From Acidobacteriota bacterium (GTDB taxonomy: Bacteria; Acidobacteriota; Vicinamibacteria; Marinacidobacterales; Marinacidobacteraceae), in NCBI GenBank assembly GCA_028877265.1, contig JAPPGX010000016.1:1265-65264 (forward strand): a stretch of DNA of 64,000 nt, read 5' to 3'. How positions within the stretch are numbered: the stretch's first letter is position 1; every line of letters begins with the position of its first letter. This document shows positions 8,921 to 18,221 of the stretch, piece after piece. The notes under the pieces were generated by a model. The model had not been told where the DNA came from. It ran no database searches and saw only the letters and a program-made list of their open reading frames with translations. The position numbers and the translations under genes were made by a program.

Positions 8921-10054
8921 ATGCGGGAAGTTCTGATCGTGCTGCTTGCAGCGGGTTCCGTCACGGCTGCCGCGGCGGACGATCCCTTCCGGCTCCTGGC
9001 GCTCGCGACCCGCTATGAGATCGGCGACGGGAACGAGATCCGGATCGTCTCCGACCGGATCGTGCAGGGCGCCGGGGTCGAGGAATACCGGTTCTCCCTC
9101 TCGCCGGCGAGCGCCGGCGCCGAGGCCGCCGCGGTGGATCGAGCCTCAGGCTCCGCGCTTTCGTCCACCGTGGTTGATGACGGACTCCTGGTTTCCCTGG
9201 GACGGAGGCTGGGAGCGCGGGCGGAGCGCCGGGTGCGGATCGAGGAGGCCGCCGATCGGTCCCGCTACGTGCGGCCCCGGGGCGAAGGCCTGGTGTTCGA
9301 GCACCCGGTGCCTCCAGGCCGGACCACGGTGCTGCTGCCTCCGGGCGCCGTCCTCGGAAGCTCGACCGTCCCCGTCCAGACCGCTGTCGAGAACGGACGG
9401 CTCAAGCTGGGAATCCTCCACCCCGGGGAGGAGCCGCTCCCGGTCCGGCTCGAGATCGAACCGGGCAACCCGGGCGAAACGCGGGTAAGCGAGGGAGACT
9501 TCCGCGCCGAAGACGAGCGGAGCATCGTCTACTGGCTGGAGGAGGCGGCGGAGAACCGGCTGCGCCTGGCTCTGGAACTGCTGCTCGAGGCGCCGGGTCA
9601 GGCCCACGTGTTCTCCGTGCTGCTGCCGACCGACCGGATCCTCGATCCGGTGACCCTGGACGTGGACCGCGGGGTCGAACTCCCGACCCGGATCGTTTCT
9701 GCTCAGGAGGCCGCCACGATCCCGCATTCCCCGACACCCCTTCCGGACGACGCCAGGGTGCTGGTGGCCGATCTCGGCTACGCCGTCCCCGAAGGCGGCA
9801 ATGTCCGGGTCCGGCTCTACCAGACAGCCATCAATCCCGGCTACGAGTTGCTCCCGGACGGTGACCTCCGGCTTCTGCGTTTTCTCGCCCGTCCCCGCAC
9901 CCGGATCGTGCTGCCCGCCGGTTGGGAACTGACCTCGCTGGACCAGCCGGCCCTCCCGAGCCGCGATGCGGACGGCCGTCTCGTCCTCGATTTCGTGCAC
10001 GCTGGCGGCGACCGACCTTCCCTCACCCTGACGGCGACCAGACAGCCGCGCTAG
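8921..10054 (+). CDS. Secreted hypothetical protein
   Basis: ATG 8921 gives MREVLIVLLAAGSVTAAAADDP (signal-peptide-like). 377 aa with GC3-rich codon usage and no family that I recognise. An alternative TTG start lies at 8888. Confidence 0.55.
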   Translation: MREVLIVLLAAGSVTAAAADDPFRLLALATRYEIGDGNEIRIVSDRIVQGAGVEEYRFSLSPASAGAEAAAVDRASGSALSSTVVDDGLLVSLGRRLGARAERRVRIEEAADRSRYVRPRGEGLVFEHPVPPGRTTVLLPPGAVLGSSTVPVQTAVENGRLKLGILHPGEEPLPVRLEIEPGNPGETRVSEGDFRAEDERSIVYWLEEAAENRLRLALELLLEAPGQAHVFSVLLPTDRILDPVTLDVDRGVELPTRIVSAQEAATIPHSPTPLPDDARVLVADLGYAVPEGGNVRVRLYQTAINPGYELLPDGDLRLLRFLARPRTRIVLPAGWELTSLDQPALPSRDADGRLVLDFVHAGGDRPSLTLTATRQPR

Positions 10055-10103
10055 CAGCGGCAGAAAGGGGAGGCCTGCCGGGTCCGGCGGGACCGTCCGC
10101 CAC

Positions 10104-10109
10104 TAAGCT
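10104..10109 (+). promoter_or_regulatory. -10-like hexamer TAAGCT, 6 nt upstream of the BASS ATG (possible leaderless mRNA)
   Basis: cacTAAGCTcccccgATG, with no Shine-Dalgarno in between. Confidence 0.3.
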
Positions 10110-10115
10110 CCCCCG

Positions 10116-11096
10116 ATGCTGCGCCAGGCCCTGCGGATCGGGACCTTTGCGTTCCCGGCCTGGGTCCTGTTGGCCAGCCTTCTCGCGCTCTGGCGGCCCG
10201 GGATCTTCACCTGGTTCAGCGGCGGCCTGATCACCGTCGGGCTCGGCGTCATCATGCTGGGCATGGGGCTGACGCTGGAGGTGGACGACTTCCGGCGCGT
10301 CCTGCGGCGGCCGGCGCCCATCGGCCTGGGAGTGGTGCTCCAGTACGTCGTCATGCCCCTGATGGGCTGGACGGTGGCCTGGGCGCTCGACCTGCCGCGA
10401 GAGTTTGCGGTGGGGCTCATCCTCGTGTCCTGCTGTCCCGGCGGGGTGGCTTCGAACGTGATCTCCTACCTGGCGCTCGCCGACGTGCCGCTGTCCGTCT
10501 CGATGACAGCGGTTTCCACGGGCCTTTCCGTCCTGATGACCCCGGCGCTCGTTGCAATGCTGGCGAGCAGCCGCATTGACGTTCCCGCCGCCGGGCTGCT
10601 TCTCAGCACGGTGCAGGTGGTGATCCTGCCCATCGTCACCGGCCTCGTCCTGAGGCGCTACGCCCAGGGTCTCACCCGGGCGGTGCTCCCCTACGGACCG
10701 TTCACGTCGGTGGTGCTGATCACCGTGATCGTCGCTTCCATCATCGGCTCGAGCCGGGCGATCATCCTCGAATCGGGCGACCTGCTGGTCGTCGCGGTAT
10801 TCCTGCTCCACGCCGGAGGCTTCTTCTTCGGCTACACCCTCGCGCGGCTCGTCTCGCGCCGCGTCCCGACCGCGCGAACCGTTTCCATCGAGGTCGGCAT
10901 GCAGAACTCCGGCCTCGGGGTGGTCCTCGCCGGCCAGAACTTCACGAGCCCGCTCGTCGCGGTCCCGAGCGCCATATCGAGCCTCTTCCACTCGCTCATC
11001 GGCAGCGTGGTGGCGGGCGTCTGGCGGGCCAACGCCGTGCGGCAGGGCGCGCGCAGGACGGACGCGGAGGAGCGGCCAGCCGTTTCGGTCCCGTAG
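10116..11096 (+). CDS. Bile acid:sodium symporter (BASS/SBF) family transporter
   Basis: 326 aa polytopic protein. CCPGGVASNV and GMQNSGLG motifs are characteristic of SBF-like transporters. Confidence 0.85.
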   Translation: MLRQALRIGTFAFPAWVLLASLLALWRPGIFTWFSGGLITVGLGVIMLGMGLTLEVDDFRRVLRRPAPIGLGVVLQYVVMPLMGWTVAWALDLPREFAVGLILVSCCPGGVASNVISYLALADVPLSVSMTAVSTGLSVLMTPALVAMLASSRIDVPAAGLLLSTVQVVILPIVTGLVLRRYAQGLTRAVLPYGPFTSVVLITVIVASIIGSSRAIILESGDLLVVAVFLLHAGGFFFGYTLARLVSRRVPTARTVSIEVGMQNSGLGVVLAGQNFTSPLVAVPSAISSLFHSLIGSVVAGVWRANAVRQGARRTDAEERPAVSVP

Positions 11097-11099
11097 GAT
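11094..11099 (+). promoter_or_regulatory. -10-like hexamer TAGGAT built on the BASS stop codon, 9 nt upstream of the coaX ATG
   Basis: ccgTAGGATtccgagcaaATG. No Shine-Dalgarno. Same architecture as at 11883, 42085 and 51323. Confidence 0.35.
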
Positions 11100-11108
11100 T
11101 CCGAGCAA

Positions 11109-11885
11109 ATGCTCCTCGTCTTCGACGTCGGCAACACCAAGACCGCCATCGGCCTTCACGACGGCGAGGCCTGGGTGCGGGACTGGCGGATCTCCACCCA
11201 GGCCGAACGCCTGGCGGATGAAACGGCAGCGTTGCTGGACAGCCTGCTTGCCGGGGCGGGCGTCTCGCGGCAGGACATCGACGGGCTCGCGGCGGCCAGC
11301 GTGGTCCCCTCTGCGACCGAGATCCTGCGGAATCTCGCGGAGCGCCACTTCGGGAGCCCGCTCTTCGTGCTGAACCACAAGACCGCCCGCGGGATCCGGC
11401 TGGCCGTGGACACTCCCGAGGAGACCGGCCCCGACCGCATCGCCAACACGGTGGCGGTCCATCACCTCTACGGAGTGGACGCCATCGTCCTGGACGCCGG
11501 AACGGCCCTGACCTTCGATGTGATCTCCCGGGAAGGTGAGTACCGGGGGGGAGCCATCGCCCCCGGACTCGGAGTCTCCGCCGAAGCGCTGGTGCGCCGG
11601 ACGGCGCGCCTGCCCCGGGTAGAGCTCCGGCCGCCGAAGCGGGTTGTCGGGACGCACACCGTTGCTGCCATGCAGTCCGGTCTGGTCCACGGCTGGACCG
11701 GCATGGTGCGCGAGATGGTCCGGCTGCTGAAGGAGGAACTCGGCGGGAACTACACGGTCATCGCCACCGGCGGCCTGGCCCAGCAGGTGGCGGACTGGAC
11801 CGGCGTGGTGGATCTCGTGGACGAGCGTTTGACGCTGGAAGGCGTCCGGATCGTGGTTTCCCGGGGCGCCGCGCCTCCCGCATAG
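11109..11885 (+). CDS. coaX: Type III pantothenate kinase
   Basis: 258 aa. MLLVFDVGNTKTAIGL N-terminus and GPDRIAN motif are typical of CoaX. Confidence 0.92.
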   Translation: MLLVFDVGNTKTAIGLHDGEAWVRDWRISTQAERLADETAALLDSLLAGAGVSRQDIDGLAAASVVPSATEILRNLAERHFGSPLFVLNHKTARGIRLAVDTPEETGPDRIANTVAVHHLYGVDAIVLDAGTALTFDVISREGEYRGGAIAPGLGVSAEALVRRTARLPRVELRPPKRVVGTHTVAAMQSGLVHGWTGMVREMVRLLKEELGGNYTVIATGGLAQQVADWTGVVDLVDERLTLEGVRIVVSRGAAPPA

Positions 11886-11888
11886 ACT
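11883..11888 (+). promoter_or_regulatory. -10-like hexamer TAGACT built on the coaX stop codon, 9 nt upstream of the next ATG
   Basis: gcaTAGACTcccgcgcccATG, with no Shine-Dalgarno. Confidence 0.35.
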
Positions 11889-11897
11889 CCCGCGCCC

Positions 11898-12878
11898 ATG
11901 ATTCCGCTGACCGAGATCGAGGCGGCGCGCGCCCGGATTGCGCCCTACGCCGTCCGGACTCCACTGGTGAGGCTGCCGGTCGAGGGCCCCGACGAGATCT
12001 GGCTGAAGCTGGAGAACCTCCAGCCCTTCGCCTGCTTCAAGATCCGCGCCGCCGCCAATCTCTTCGGTTCGCTCAGCGACGCCGAACTCGCGCGCGGGGT
12101 CATGACCGCGAGCGCCGGGAACTGGGCCCAGGCGGCCGCGTTCATGGCGCGGGAGCGGGGCGTTCCCTGCACCGTCGTCGTCCCCGAGACCTCGCCGGAG
12201 AACAAACGCCGGTCCATTGCCGCGCTCGGAGCGGAGATCGTGGTCCAGCCGTTTCCCGAGTGGTGGAAGGCGATCGTCACCCACACCCACCCGGGGCTCG
12301 ACGCCCGCTTCGTCCACCCGGTCGAGGAAAGGGAGGTCATGGTGGGCAACGCCACCGCCGGGGTGGAGATCTTCGAGGACCTGCCGGACGTGGACGCCGT
12401 GCTCGTTCCCTTCGGGGGCGGCGGGCTGAGTTGCGGGATATCGAACGCCCTCCGCCTGAAAGGCTCCGGCGCCCGAGTCCATCCGGTCGAGGTCACCACG
12501 TCGGCCAAGGTCGCGGCCGCGGTGCGGCACGGATCACCCCGGTGGATCGACACCGAGCCCAGCTTCGTGGACGGGATCGGCGGAAACACCGTGCTGGACC
12601 CGATGTGGCCGCTCGTTCAGGAGTTCCTCGAGGAACCGCTGCTGGTCTCGCCCGACGAGATCGCCGAGGCGGTGCGCACTCTGGCGGCGCGCAGCCGGAT
12701 CGTGGCCGAGGGCGCTGGCGCCAGCCCGGTGGCGGTGGCGCTCGCCGACCGGGTGCCGCGGCGTCGGGGCGAGGAGGGCCGGAAGCGGCGGATCGTCGCC
12801 GTGGTGTCCGGCGGGAACATCGAGATGGGCGTCTTCCGGCGCATCCTCGCCGGAGAGACCCCGACCTCGGCCCGCTGA
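11898..12878 (+). CDS. PLP-dependent threonine/serine dehydratase-family enzyme
   Basis: 326 aa. A CFKIRAA lysine motif and a GGGGL glycine loop typical of fold-type II PLP enzymes (IlvA/TdcB/serine racemase-like). Confidence 0.75.
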   Translation: MIPLTEIEAARARIAPYAVRTPLVRLPVEGPDEIWLKLENLQPFACFKIRAAANLFGSLSDAELARGVMTASAGNWAQAAAFMARERGVPCTVVVPETSPENKRRSIAALGAEIVVQPFPEWWKAIVTHTHPGLDARFVHPVEEREVMVGNATAGVEIFEDLPDVDAVLVPFGGGGLSCGISNALRLKGSGARVHPVEVTTSAKVAAAVRHGSPRWIDTEPSFVDGIGGNTVLDPMWPLVQEFLEEPLLVSPDEIAEAVRTLAARSRIVAEGAGASPVAVALADRVPRRRGEEGRKRRIVAVVSGGNIEMGVFRRILAGETPTSAR

Positions 12879-12888
12879 GCGCCCTGTC

Positions 12889-15600
12889 CTAGTTCGCTGA
12901 TCCGGCGCCTTCCCGGGCCAGGTCGCGCATCACCGTCTGCAGGATGCCGCCGTTCCGGTAGTAGTCCACTTCCACCGCCGAGTCGAGGCGGCAGCGCGCT
13001 TCGAACGAGCGCGACTCCCCGTTCCGCGTAGCGGTCACCGTGACCCTGGCCCCGGGTCCGAGACCGTTGCTGACGCCCTCGATGTCCAGGCTTTCGTCTC
13101 CCACCAGACCGAGGGACTCCGCGTTCTCGCCGTCGGGGAACTCGAGCGGCAAAACGCCCATCCCGACCAGGTTGCTGCGGTGGATGCGCTCGAAGCTCTC
13201 GGCGATCACCGCCCTGACGCCCAGCAGCAGCGTTCCCTTGGCGGCCCAGTCACGGGAGGAGCCGGTCCCGTACTCCTTGCCGGCGAGGATCACGAGGGGA
13301 GTGCCCTCCTCGCGGTAGCGCTCGGCGGCGTCGAAGATGGTGGTCTGCTCACCCGACGGGTAGTGCACCGTAAGCCCGCCCTCGGCGCCGCCGGCGAGCT
13401 GGTTCCGGAACCGGATGTTCGCGAAGGTGCCGCGGAGCATGATCCGGTCGTTGCCGCGGCGCGAACCGTAGGAGTTGAAGTCGCGCCGCTCGATCCCGCG
13501 CTCCCGAAGCCAACCGCCGGCGGGCGAATCGAAGGCGATGGTCCCGGCGGGCGAGATGTGGTCGGTCGTGACCGAATCGCCGCACCGGACGAGCACCCGC
13601 GCTCCCCGGATATCGGCGGGGGGCGCCGGCTCAGCGGTCATTCCGGAGAAGAACGGCGGCTCCTGGATGTAGGTGGAGCCTTCGTCCCACGGGTAGATCT
13701 CGGAGGCGTCCACCGGGATCTCGTTCCACGTGGGGTTTCCGTCCCAGACGTTGCCGTACATCCGGCGGAAGGTCTCCGGCCGGAGCGCCCGGTCGAGCGC
13801 GTCCCGGACGTCCTCGCTGCTCGGCCAGATGTCGCGCAGGAACACCGGATTGCCGTCGGCGCCCGTGCCGAGCGGCTCCTCCTCCAGATCGATGTCCACG
13901 GTGCCGGCGAGTGCGTAGGCCACGACCAGCGGTGGAGACGCCAGGTAGTTGGCGCGCACGCTCGGATGCACGCGGCCCTCGAAGTTGCGGTTTCCAGAAA
14001 GGACCGAAGCCGCCACCAGGTCGGCGCTCTCGATGGCCCGCTCCACCCTCTCCGGCAGCGGCCCGCTGTTCCCGATGCAGGTCGTGCACCCGTAGCCCAC
14101 CAGGTGGAAGCCGAGATCCGCGAGGGGGCCCAGGAGTCCCGCGTCCCGCAGGTACTCGGTCACCGCCTTCGAACCCGGGGCGAGCGAGGTCTTGACGTGA
14201 TCGGGGGTGGTGAGCCCGAGCCCCACCGCCCGCTGCGCGAGGAGACCCGCGGCGAGCATCACGCCCGGGTTCGAGGTGTTCGTGCAGGAGGTGATCGCCG
14301 CGATCACCACCGCGCCGTGGCCGAGGTTCCGGCCGTTCCCGGCGCTTGCCGTGCGGGCGAGCTGCGCGGACTCGAGGGCGAAGCCGCGCTCCGCCACCGG
14401 CGCGCTCAGGGACGCGCGGAAGGCGCGCTGCATGTCGGAGAGCGCGACCCGGTCCTGCGGCCGCTTCGGGCCCGCGAGGCTCGGCTCCACCGTTCCCAGG
14501 TCAAGCTCGAGCACGTCGGTGTACTCGGGGTCCGCGGTTTCGTCGGTCCGGAAGAGGCCCTGGCGCTTGGTGTACGCCTCGACCCGGTCCACTTCCTCGT
14601 CGCTCCGGCCGGTGCGGCGGAGATAGGAAAGGGTCTCGGCATCCACCGGAAAGAACCCCATGGTGGCGCCGTATTCGGGCGCCATGTTGGCCACCGTGGC
14701 GCGGTCGGAGAGCGAGATCTCCGACAACCCTTCGCCGAAGAACTCCACGAAACTCTCCACCACCCCGTGGGCCCGCAGCCGCTCGGTGATGGTGAGCACG
14801 AGGTCGGTCGCGGTGACCCCCTCCTGCAAGGCGCCGCTCAGGCGGAAACCGACCACCTTCGGGGTGATGAGGTAACACGGCTGGCCGAGCATGGCCGCCT
14901 CGGCCTCGATGCCCCCCACGCCCCAGCCGAGGACGCCGAGGCCGTTGATCATGGTGGTGTGGGAATCGGTTCCGACCAGGGTGTCCGGGAGCAGTACCCG
15001 CTCGTCGCCCTCGCCGTCCTCCATGACCACCTTGGCCAGGAGTTCGAGGTTCACCTGGTGGACGATGCCGGTGGCGGGGGGAACGACCCGGAAGCGGGAA
15101 AACGCCTCCGCTCCCCAGCGGAGGAACCGGTAGCGCTCCTGGTTCCGCTCGAACTCGATCGCCGCGTTCTGGCGGGCCGCCATCGGAGTGCCGAAGGAGT
15201 CCACCACCACCGAGTGGTCGATGACCAGGTCCACGGGGGCCTTCGGATTGATCCGCGAGGGGTCGCCCCCCATCCGGGCCAACGCGGACCGCATGGCGGC
15301 CAGATCCACGAGCGCGGGAACTCCGGTGAAGTCCTGCAGGATGACGCGGGCCGGGCGGAACGGAACCTCGCGCCGGGCCGGCGCCTGGGCGTTCCAGGCC
15401 GCGAGGGCGGCCACGTCCTCTTCGCGAACCGTTCTTCCGTCCACCCCGCGGAGCAACGACTCGAGAAGGACCCGAATGGAGAACGGAAGCCGGGAAATGG
15501 ACCCGAGCCCTTCACGCTCGACCGCCTCGAGAGCGTAGACGTGCACGTCCCCGCCGGCGGCGCGGTGTTTTTCCAGGGACCCGAAGGAGTTATGTAACAT
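12889..15600 (-). CDS. acnA: Aconitate hydratase A
   Basis: 3' part of track ORF 12889..15876(-). The real start is the ATG at 15600 ([12 protein letters not shown]...), giving 903 aa. Aconitase signatures [18 protein letters not shown] and NRNFEGR are present. Confidence 0.95.
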   Translation of the reverse strand: MLHNSFGSLEKHRAAGGDVHVYALEAVEREGLGSISRLPFSIRVLLESLLRGVDGRTVREEDVAALAAWNAQAPARREVPFRPARVILQDFTGVPALVDLAAMRSALARMGGDPSRINPKAPVDLVIDHSVVVDSFGTPMAARQNAAIEFERNQERYRFLRWGAEAFSRFRVVPPATGIVHQVNLELLAKVVMEDGEGDERVLLPDTLVGTDSHTTMINGLGVLGWGVGGIEAEAAMLGQPCYLITPKVVGFRLSGALQEGVTATDLVLTITERLRAHGVVESFVEFFGEGLSEISLSDRATVANMAPEYGATMGFFPVDAETLSYLRRTGRSDEEVDRVEAYTKRQGLFRTDETADPEYTDVLELDLGTVEPSLAGPKRPQDRVALSDMQRAFRASLSAPVAERGFALESAQLARTASAGNGRNLGHGAVVIAAITSCTNTSNPGVMLAAGLLAQRAVGLGLTTPDHVKTSLAPGSKAVTEYLRDAGLLGPLADLGFHLVGYGCTTCIGNSGPLPERVERAIESADLVAASVLSGNRNFEGRVHPSVRANYLASPPLVVAYALAGTVDIDLEEEPLGTGADGNPVFLRDIWPSSEDVRDALDRALRPETFRRMYGNVWDGNPTWNEIPVDASEIYPWDEGSTYIQEPPFFSGMTAEPAPPADIRGARVLVRCGDSVTTDHISPAGTIAFDSPAGGWLRERGIERRDFNSYGSRRGNDRIMLRGTFANIRFRNQLAGGAEGGLTVHYPSGEQTTIFDAAERYREEGTPLVILAGKEYGTGSSRDWAAKGTLLLGVRAVIAESFERIHRSNLVGMGVLPLEFPDGENAESLGLVGDESLDIEGVSNGLGPGARVTVTATRNGESRSFEARCRLDSAVEVDYYRNGGILQTVMRDLAREGAGSAN

Positions 15601-15655
15601 CGGCTGGCGCGAGGGGCGGTAAGGATAGCGGGGAGCAGCCCCTCCGGGGGCCACC

Positions 15656-16498
15656 ATGAACGACGAAGCGACCACTGCTGCTGACGCGCCGCCGGCGCGG
15701 ATCGATCTCGGTTTCCTGCTCGGTTTCGCATTCCGGGACCCACGCGCGTTCCGCAAGTGGATGATCGGTTGCCTGGCGGTCCTGCTGATCCCGTTGCTCG
15801 GGTTCGGGCTGCTGTGGCTGCTCGGTTTCGCCGTCCAGACGGCGCGCCGGGCGCTGCGGGGAGAAGAGCACCCCATGCCCGGTTGGGACGCGGTGGGGAG
15901 CCAACTCGCCGACGGCCTGCGCGTGGTGGCGGTCGTCCTCGTTTACGCCGCCGTGGTGGCGCTCGTCGGGGGTGGGCTCTTCGTGGTCGGCACCCTGATC
16001 GGCCTGGTGGCGGTCGGGATCGCCGGCGGCGTCTTCGCGGCGGTGGCCGGCGCCGCGCTGGAGAGCGGAGTCGCCCCCGACGTCTTTGGCCAGATCCTTC
16101 CCGAGATGGTCGCGGTCCCGATTGCGGGAGCCGGTTTGATGGGAGCGGCCGCCGTCTTCGGCCTGGTCGTCACCGGCTGGTTCGTGGTGCTGCTGGCGGG
16201 GTTCGCCAAGGCGTTGCTGCCGGCCGGGCTGATGCAGCTTGCCGCTACCGGACAGATCCGCCCGGCCCTCGGCTGGGTCCGGAACCTGCGGCGGATCCGT
16301 GCCCACCCGGGGACGTACATCCTGCTGCTGCTGATCCTGATTCTCTTCGGAGTCCTCGCCAACCTCAGCCTGTCGCTTTTCCTGGTGGGTCTGGTGCCGG
16401 GGCTCTTCTGGACCTGGACGGCTTCCGGCGCCGCGATCGGCCATGCGGGCCGCATCATGGGCGTCGAAGTCAAGGCCGCTGAAACTGCGGCCGACTGA
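15656..16498 (+). CDS. DUF4013-like polytopic membrane protein, paralogue 1
   Basis: 280 aa. Shares DLGxL...[26 protein letters not shown] and C-terminal VPGLFW...GRIMGV blocks with the next two genes. Confidence 0.8.
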   Translation: MNDEATTAADAPPARIDLGFLLGFAFRDPRAFRKWMIGCLAVLLIPLLGFGLLWLLGFAVQTARRALRGEEHPMPGWDAVGSQLADGLRVVAVVLVYAAVVALVGGGLFVVGTLIGLVAVGIAGGVFAAVAGAALESGVAPDVFGQILPEMVAVPIAGAGLMGAAAVFGLVVTGWFVVLLAGFAKALLPAGLMQLAATGQIRPALGWVRNLRRIRAHPGTYILLLLILILFGVLANLSLSLFLVGLVPGLFWTWTASGAAIGHAGRIMGVEVKAAETAAD

Positions 16499-16526
16499 CT
16501 GCCGTTAGTTCAACTGAGGACACACC

Positions 16527-17198
16527 ATGACCGAAGAACAACCCACCACCGCTGGCGCCGCCGCGTCGGAGAGCCTGGACCTCGGCGCGATTCTGGGAGG
16601 TCCCTTCCGGGATCCCCGGGCGCTGCCCAAATTCCTGGGCGGATGCCTCGCCGTGATCGGCATCCTGTTCTTCGGCCTCGGCTTGCTGGCTCTGCTCGGC
16701 TTCGCCTTCCAGACGGCGCAGCGCGCGCGGCGGGGCGAGGAGCATCCAATGCCCGAGTGGGGGGATCTGGGCCAGTTGCTCGGCGACGGGCTTCGCGTGC
16801 TCGGGGTGGTCCTCGGCTATCTCCTGGCTCCGCTCGCGCTGTCCATCGTCGCCGCGGTTCTCAGCATCATCCCGGTGCTCGGAAGCCTCGCCGACTTTGT
16901 GCTCGGCCCCGTGACGCTGCTTCTCGGCTTGCTCGCGGTGGTCCTCCTGCCGGTCGCCCTGGCGCAGATGGTGGCGAGCAACGAGATCGGTTCCGCGTTC
17001 CGGATCCAGGAGAACCTCCGGCTCATCCAGGCCCACCTCGGCACCTACGTCGTATTCCTGCTGATCGTGATCCTGATCGAGGTTCTGGAGGCCGCGAGTT
17101 TCGCCCTGTGCGGAATTGGCATCATCCCGGGACTCTTCTGGAGTCAGGCCGCCTTTGGAATCGGCCTCGGACAGAGCGCCCGCACAATGGGGATCTAG
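16527..17198 (+). CDS. DUF4013-like polytopic membrane protein, paralogue 2
   Basis: 223 aa. Same conserved blocks ([42 protein letters not shown]...ARTMGI). Confidence 0.8.
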   Translation: MTEEQPTTAGAAASESLDLGAILGGPFRDPRALPKFLGGCLAVIGILFFGLGLLALLGFAFQTAQRARRGEEHPMPEWGDLGQLLGDGLRVLGVVLGYLLAPLALSIVAAVLSIIPVLGSLADFVLGPVTLLLGLLAVVLLPVALAQMVASNEIGSAFRIQENLRLIQAHLGTYVVFLLIVILIEVLEAASFALCGIGIIPGLFWSQAAFGIGLGQSARTMGI

Positions 17199-17290
17199 CC
17201 TCCGGCTGCCGTCAGAGAACCATCCCGAACCGTCTTCGTTAGCTGGTAGTGGGGAAGGGAAACGGACCCGGCGATCCGGGAAGGAAAACG

Positions 17291-18046
17291 ATGACCGAAG
17301 ACCAACCAGTGCTGCCGACTGACGAGCCGCCGCCTCCGCCGCCGCCCGCGCCGCCGGCCCCGGACCGATTCGACCTGGGCAATCTGTTCAGCTTTGCCTT
17401 CCGGGACCCGAAGGCACTCTCCAAGTTCGTGATCGGCAGTCTCATGGTGGTGCTCATCCCGCTGTTCGGCCTGGGTCTGCTCGCCCTCCTCGGCTTCGGC
17501 GTTCGCACGGCCCGGGGCGCGCTGCGCGGCGACGAGCATCCAATGGCCGATTGGGATGACTTCGGAGGCGTGCTGCTCGACGGCATCAAGGTGTTCGGGG
17601 TGATCGCGGGCTACACGCTGGCGGCGGTCGTGATGGGCCTCGCCCTCGTCGCGATCGGCGTCTTCTGGGCGCTGATCGGGCAGTCCATGGGTTCTCCGGC
17701 CGTGGTGGCGACCTCGGTGATCGGGAGTCTGACCTCCATCTTCTTCCTCGTATTCGCGGCGCTGATCGCGAAGGCGCTCATCCCGGCCGGGATCGTGCAA
17801 CTGGCGGCGACCGGCCGATTCACCGCGGCCTTCCGGCTCAACCGGAACGTCGGCCTGATCCGGGCCAACTTCGGCAACTACATCGTCCTGCTGTTGAGCC
17901 TGATCCTGTTCGCCTTCATTGCCGATCTCACGGTCCTCCTCTGTCTGATCGGCGCCATCCCGGGCTATTTCTGGGGCATGACGGTCGCGGGAGCGGCGAT
18001 CGGCCGCACCGGCCGCCTGATGGGGGTCCGGGAGGAACCGGCATAA
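17291..18046 (+). CDS. DUF4013-like polytopic membrane protein, paralogue 3 (poly-Pro N-terminal tail)
   Basis: ATG 17291 is preceded by a GGAAGGA Shine-Dalgarno. MTEDQPVLPTDEPPPPPPPAPPAPDRFDLGNL...FRDPKALSKF, LLGFGVRTA, RGDEHPMADW, IPGYFW...GRLMGV. The track ORF starts earlier, at 17249. Confidence 0.78.
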   Translation: MTEDQPVLPTDEPPPPPPPAPPAPDRFDLGNLFSFAFRDPKALSKFVIGSLMVVLIPLFGLGLLALLGFGVRTARGALRGDEHPMADWDDFGGVLLDGIKVFGVIAGYTLAAVVMGLALVAIGVFWALIGQSMGSPAVVATSVIGSLTSIFFLVFAALIAKALIPAGIVQLAATGRFTAAFRLNRNVGLIRANFGNYIVLLLSLILFAFIADLTVLLCLIGAIPGYFWGMTVAGAAIGRTGRLMGVREEPA

Positions 18047-18061
18047 GGAGGCGCGACGGCC

Positions 18062-18125
18062 GGGACCGCCGGTCTTCAGACCGGCACGCGCGGCGCCCCC
18101 CCCACCGGGAGAACTGGCGCCGCGC
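18062..18125 (+). repeat. REP-like double-hairpin element, family 1, copy B
   Basis: 35-nt core GGGACCGCCGGTCTTCAGACCGGCACGCGCGGCGC at 18062..18096 (hairpin GCCGGTCT-tc-AGACCGGC). The second stem is GCGCGGCGCC (18088..18097) with GGCGCCGCGC (18116..18125). It starts 16 nt after the stop of paralogue 3. Confidence 0.8.
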
Positions 18126-18204
18126 ATGTCGCAACCCCATCTGCCGTCGCGGCGTGACGGCCCTGACGGGCGGCGCCAAATCCGTGCACGTCCCTCCTAA
18201 CTCG

Positions 18205-18213
18205 TGGTAGTTT
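18205..18213 (+). promoter_or_regulatory. Extended -10-like TGGTAGTTT, 8 nt upstream of the ATG at 18222
   Basis: cgTGGTAGTTTcgggcgctATG, with no Shine-Dalgarno. A related TGGTAGT occurs at 17244 upstream of paralogue 3. Confidence 0.35.
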
Positions 18214-18221
18214 CGGGCGCT

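Noticed and set aside
10023-12530. 835-aa ORF on the minus strand. Comparable giant ORFs occur at 13180..15597(+), 23096..26242(+), 40655..43045(-), 46925..49261(-), 34309..36264(-), 59116..60942(-) and 62088..63398(-).
   Set aside because: All are antisense to, or out of frame with, genes that carry clear family signatures (BASS/coaX, acnA, TonB-dependent receptor, LapB-like, topoisomerase A, hisS, mraY, ftsW). Their translations are Arg/Pro/Gly/His-rich low-complexity sequence, typical of stop-codon-poor frames in roughly 70% GC DNA.
17196-17201. TAGCCT at the stop codon of DUF4013 paralogue 2, as another stop-embedded -10 box.
   Set aside because: It is 90 nt from the next start, and a better box (TGGTAGT, 17244) lies closer. 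Several other TAG stops (for example 10052 and 18831) are not followed by -10-like sequence. I therefore did not count every TAG stop as a promoter.
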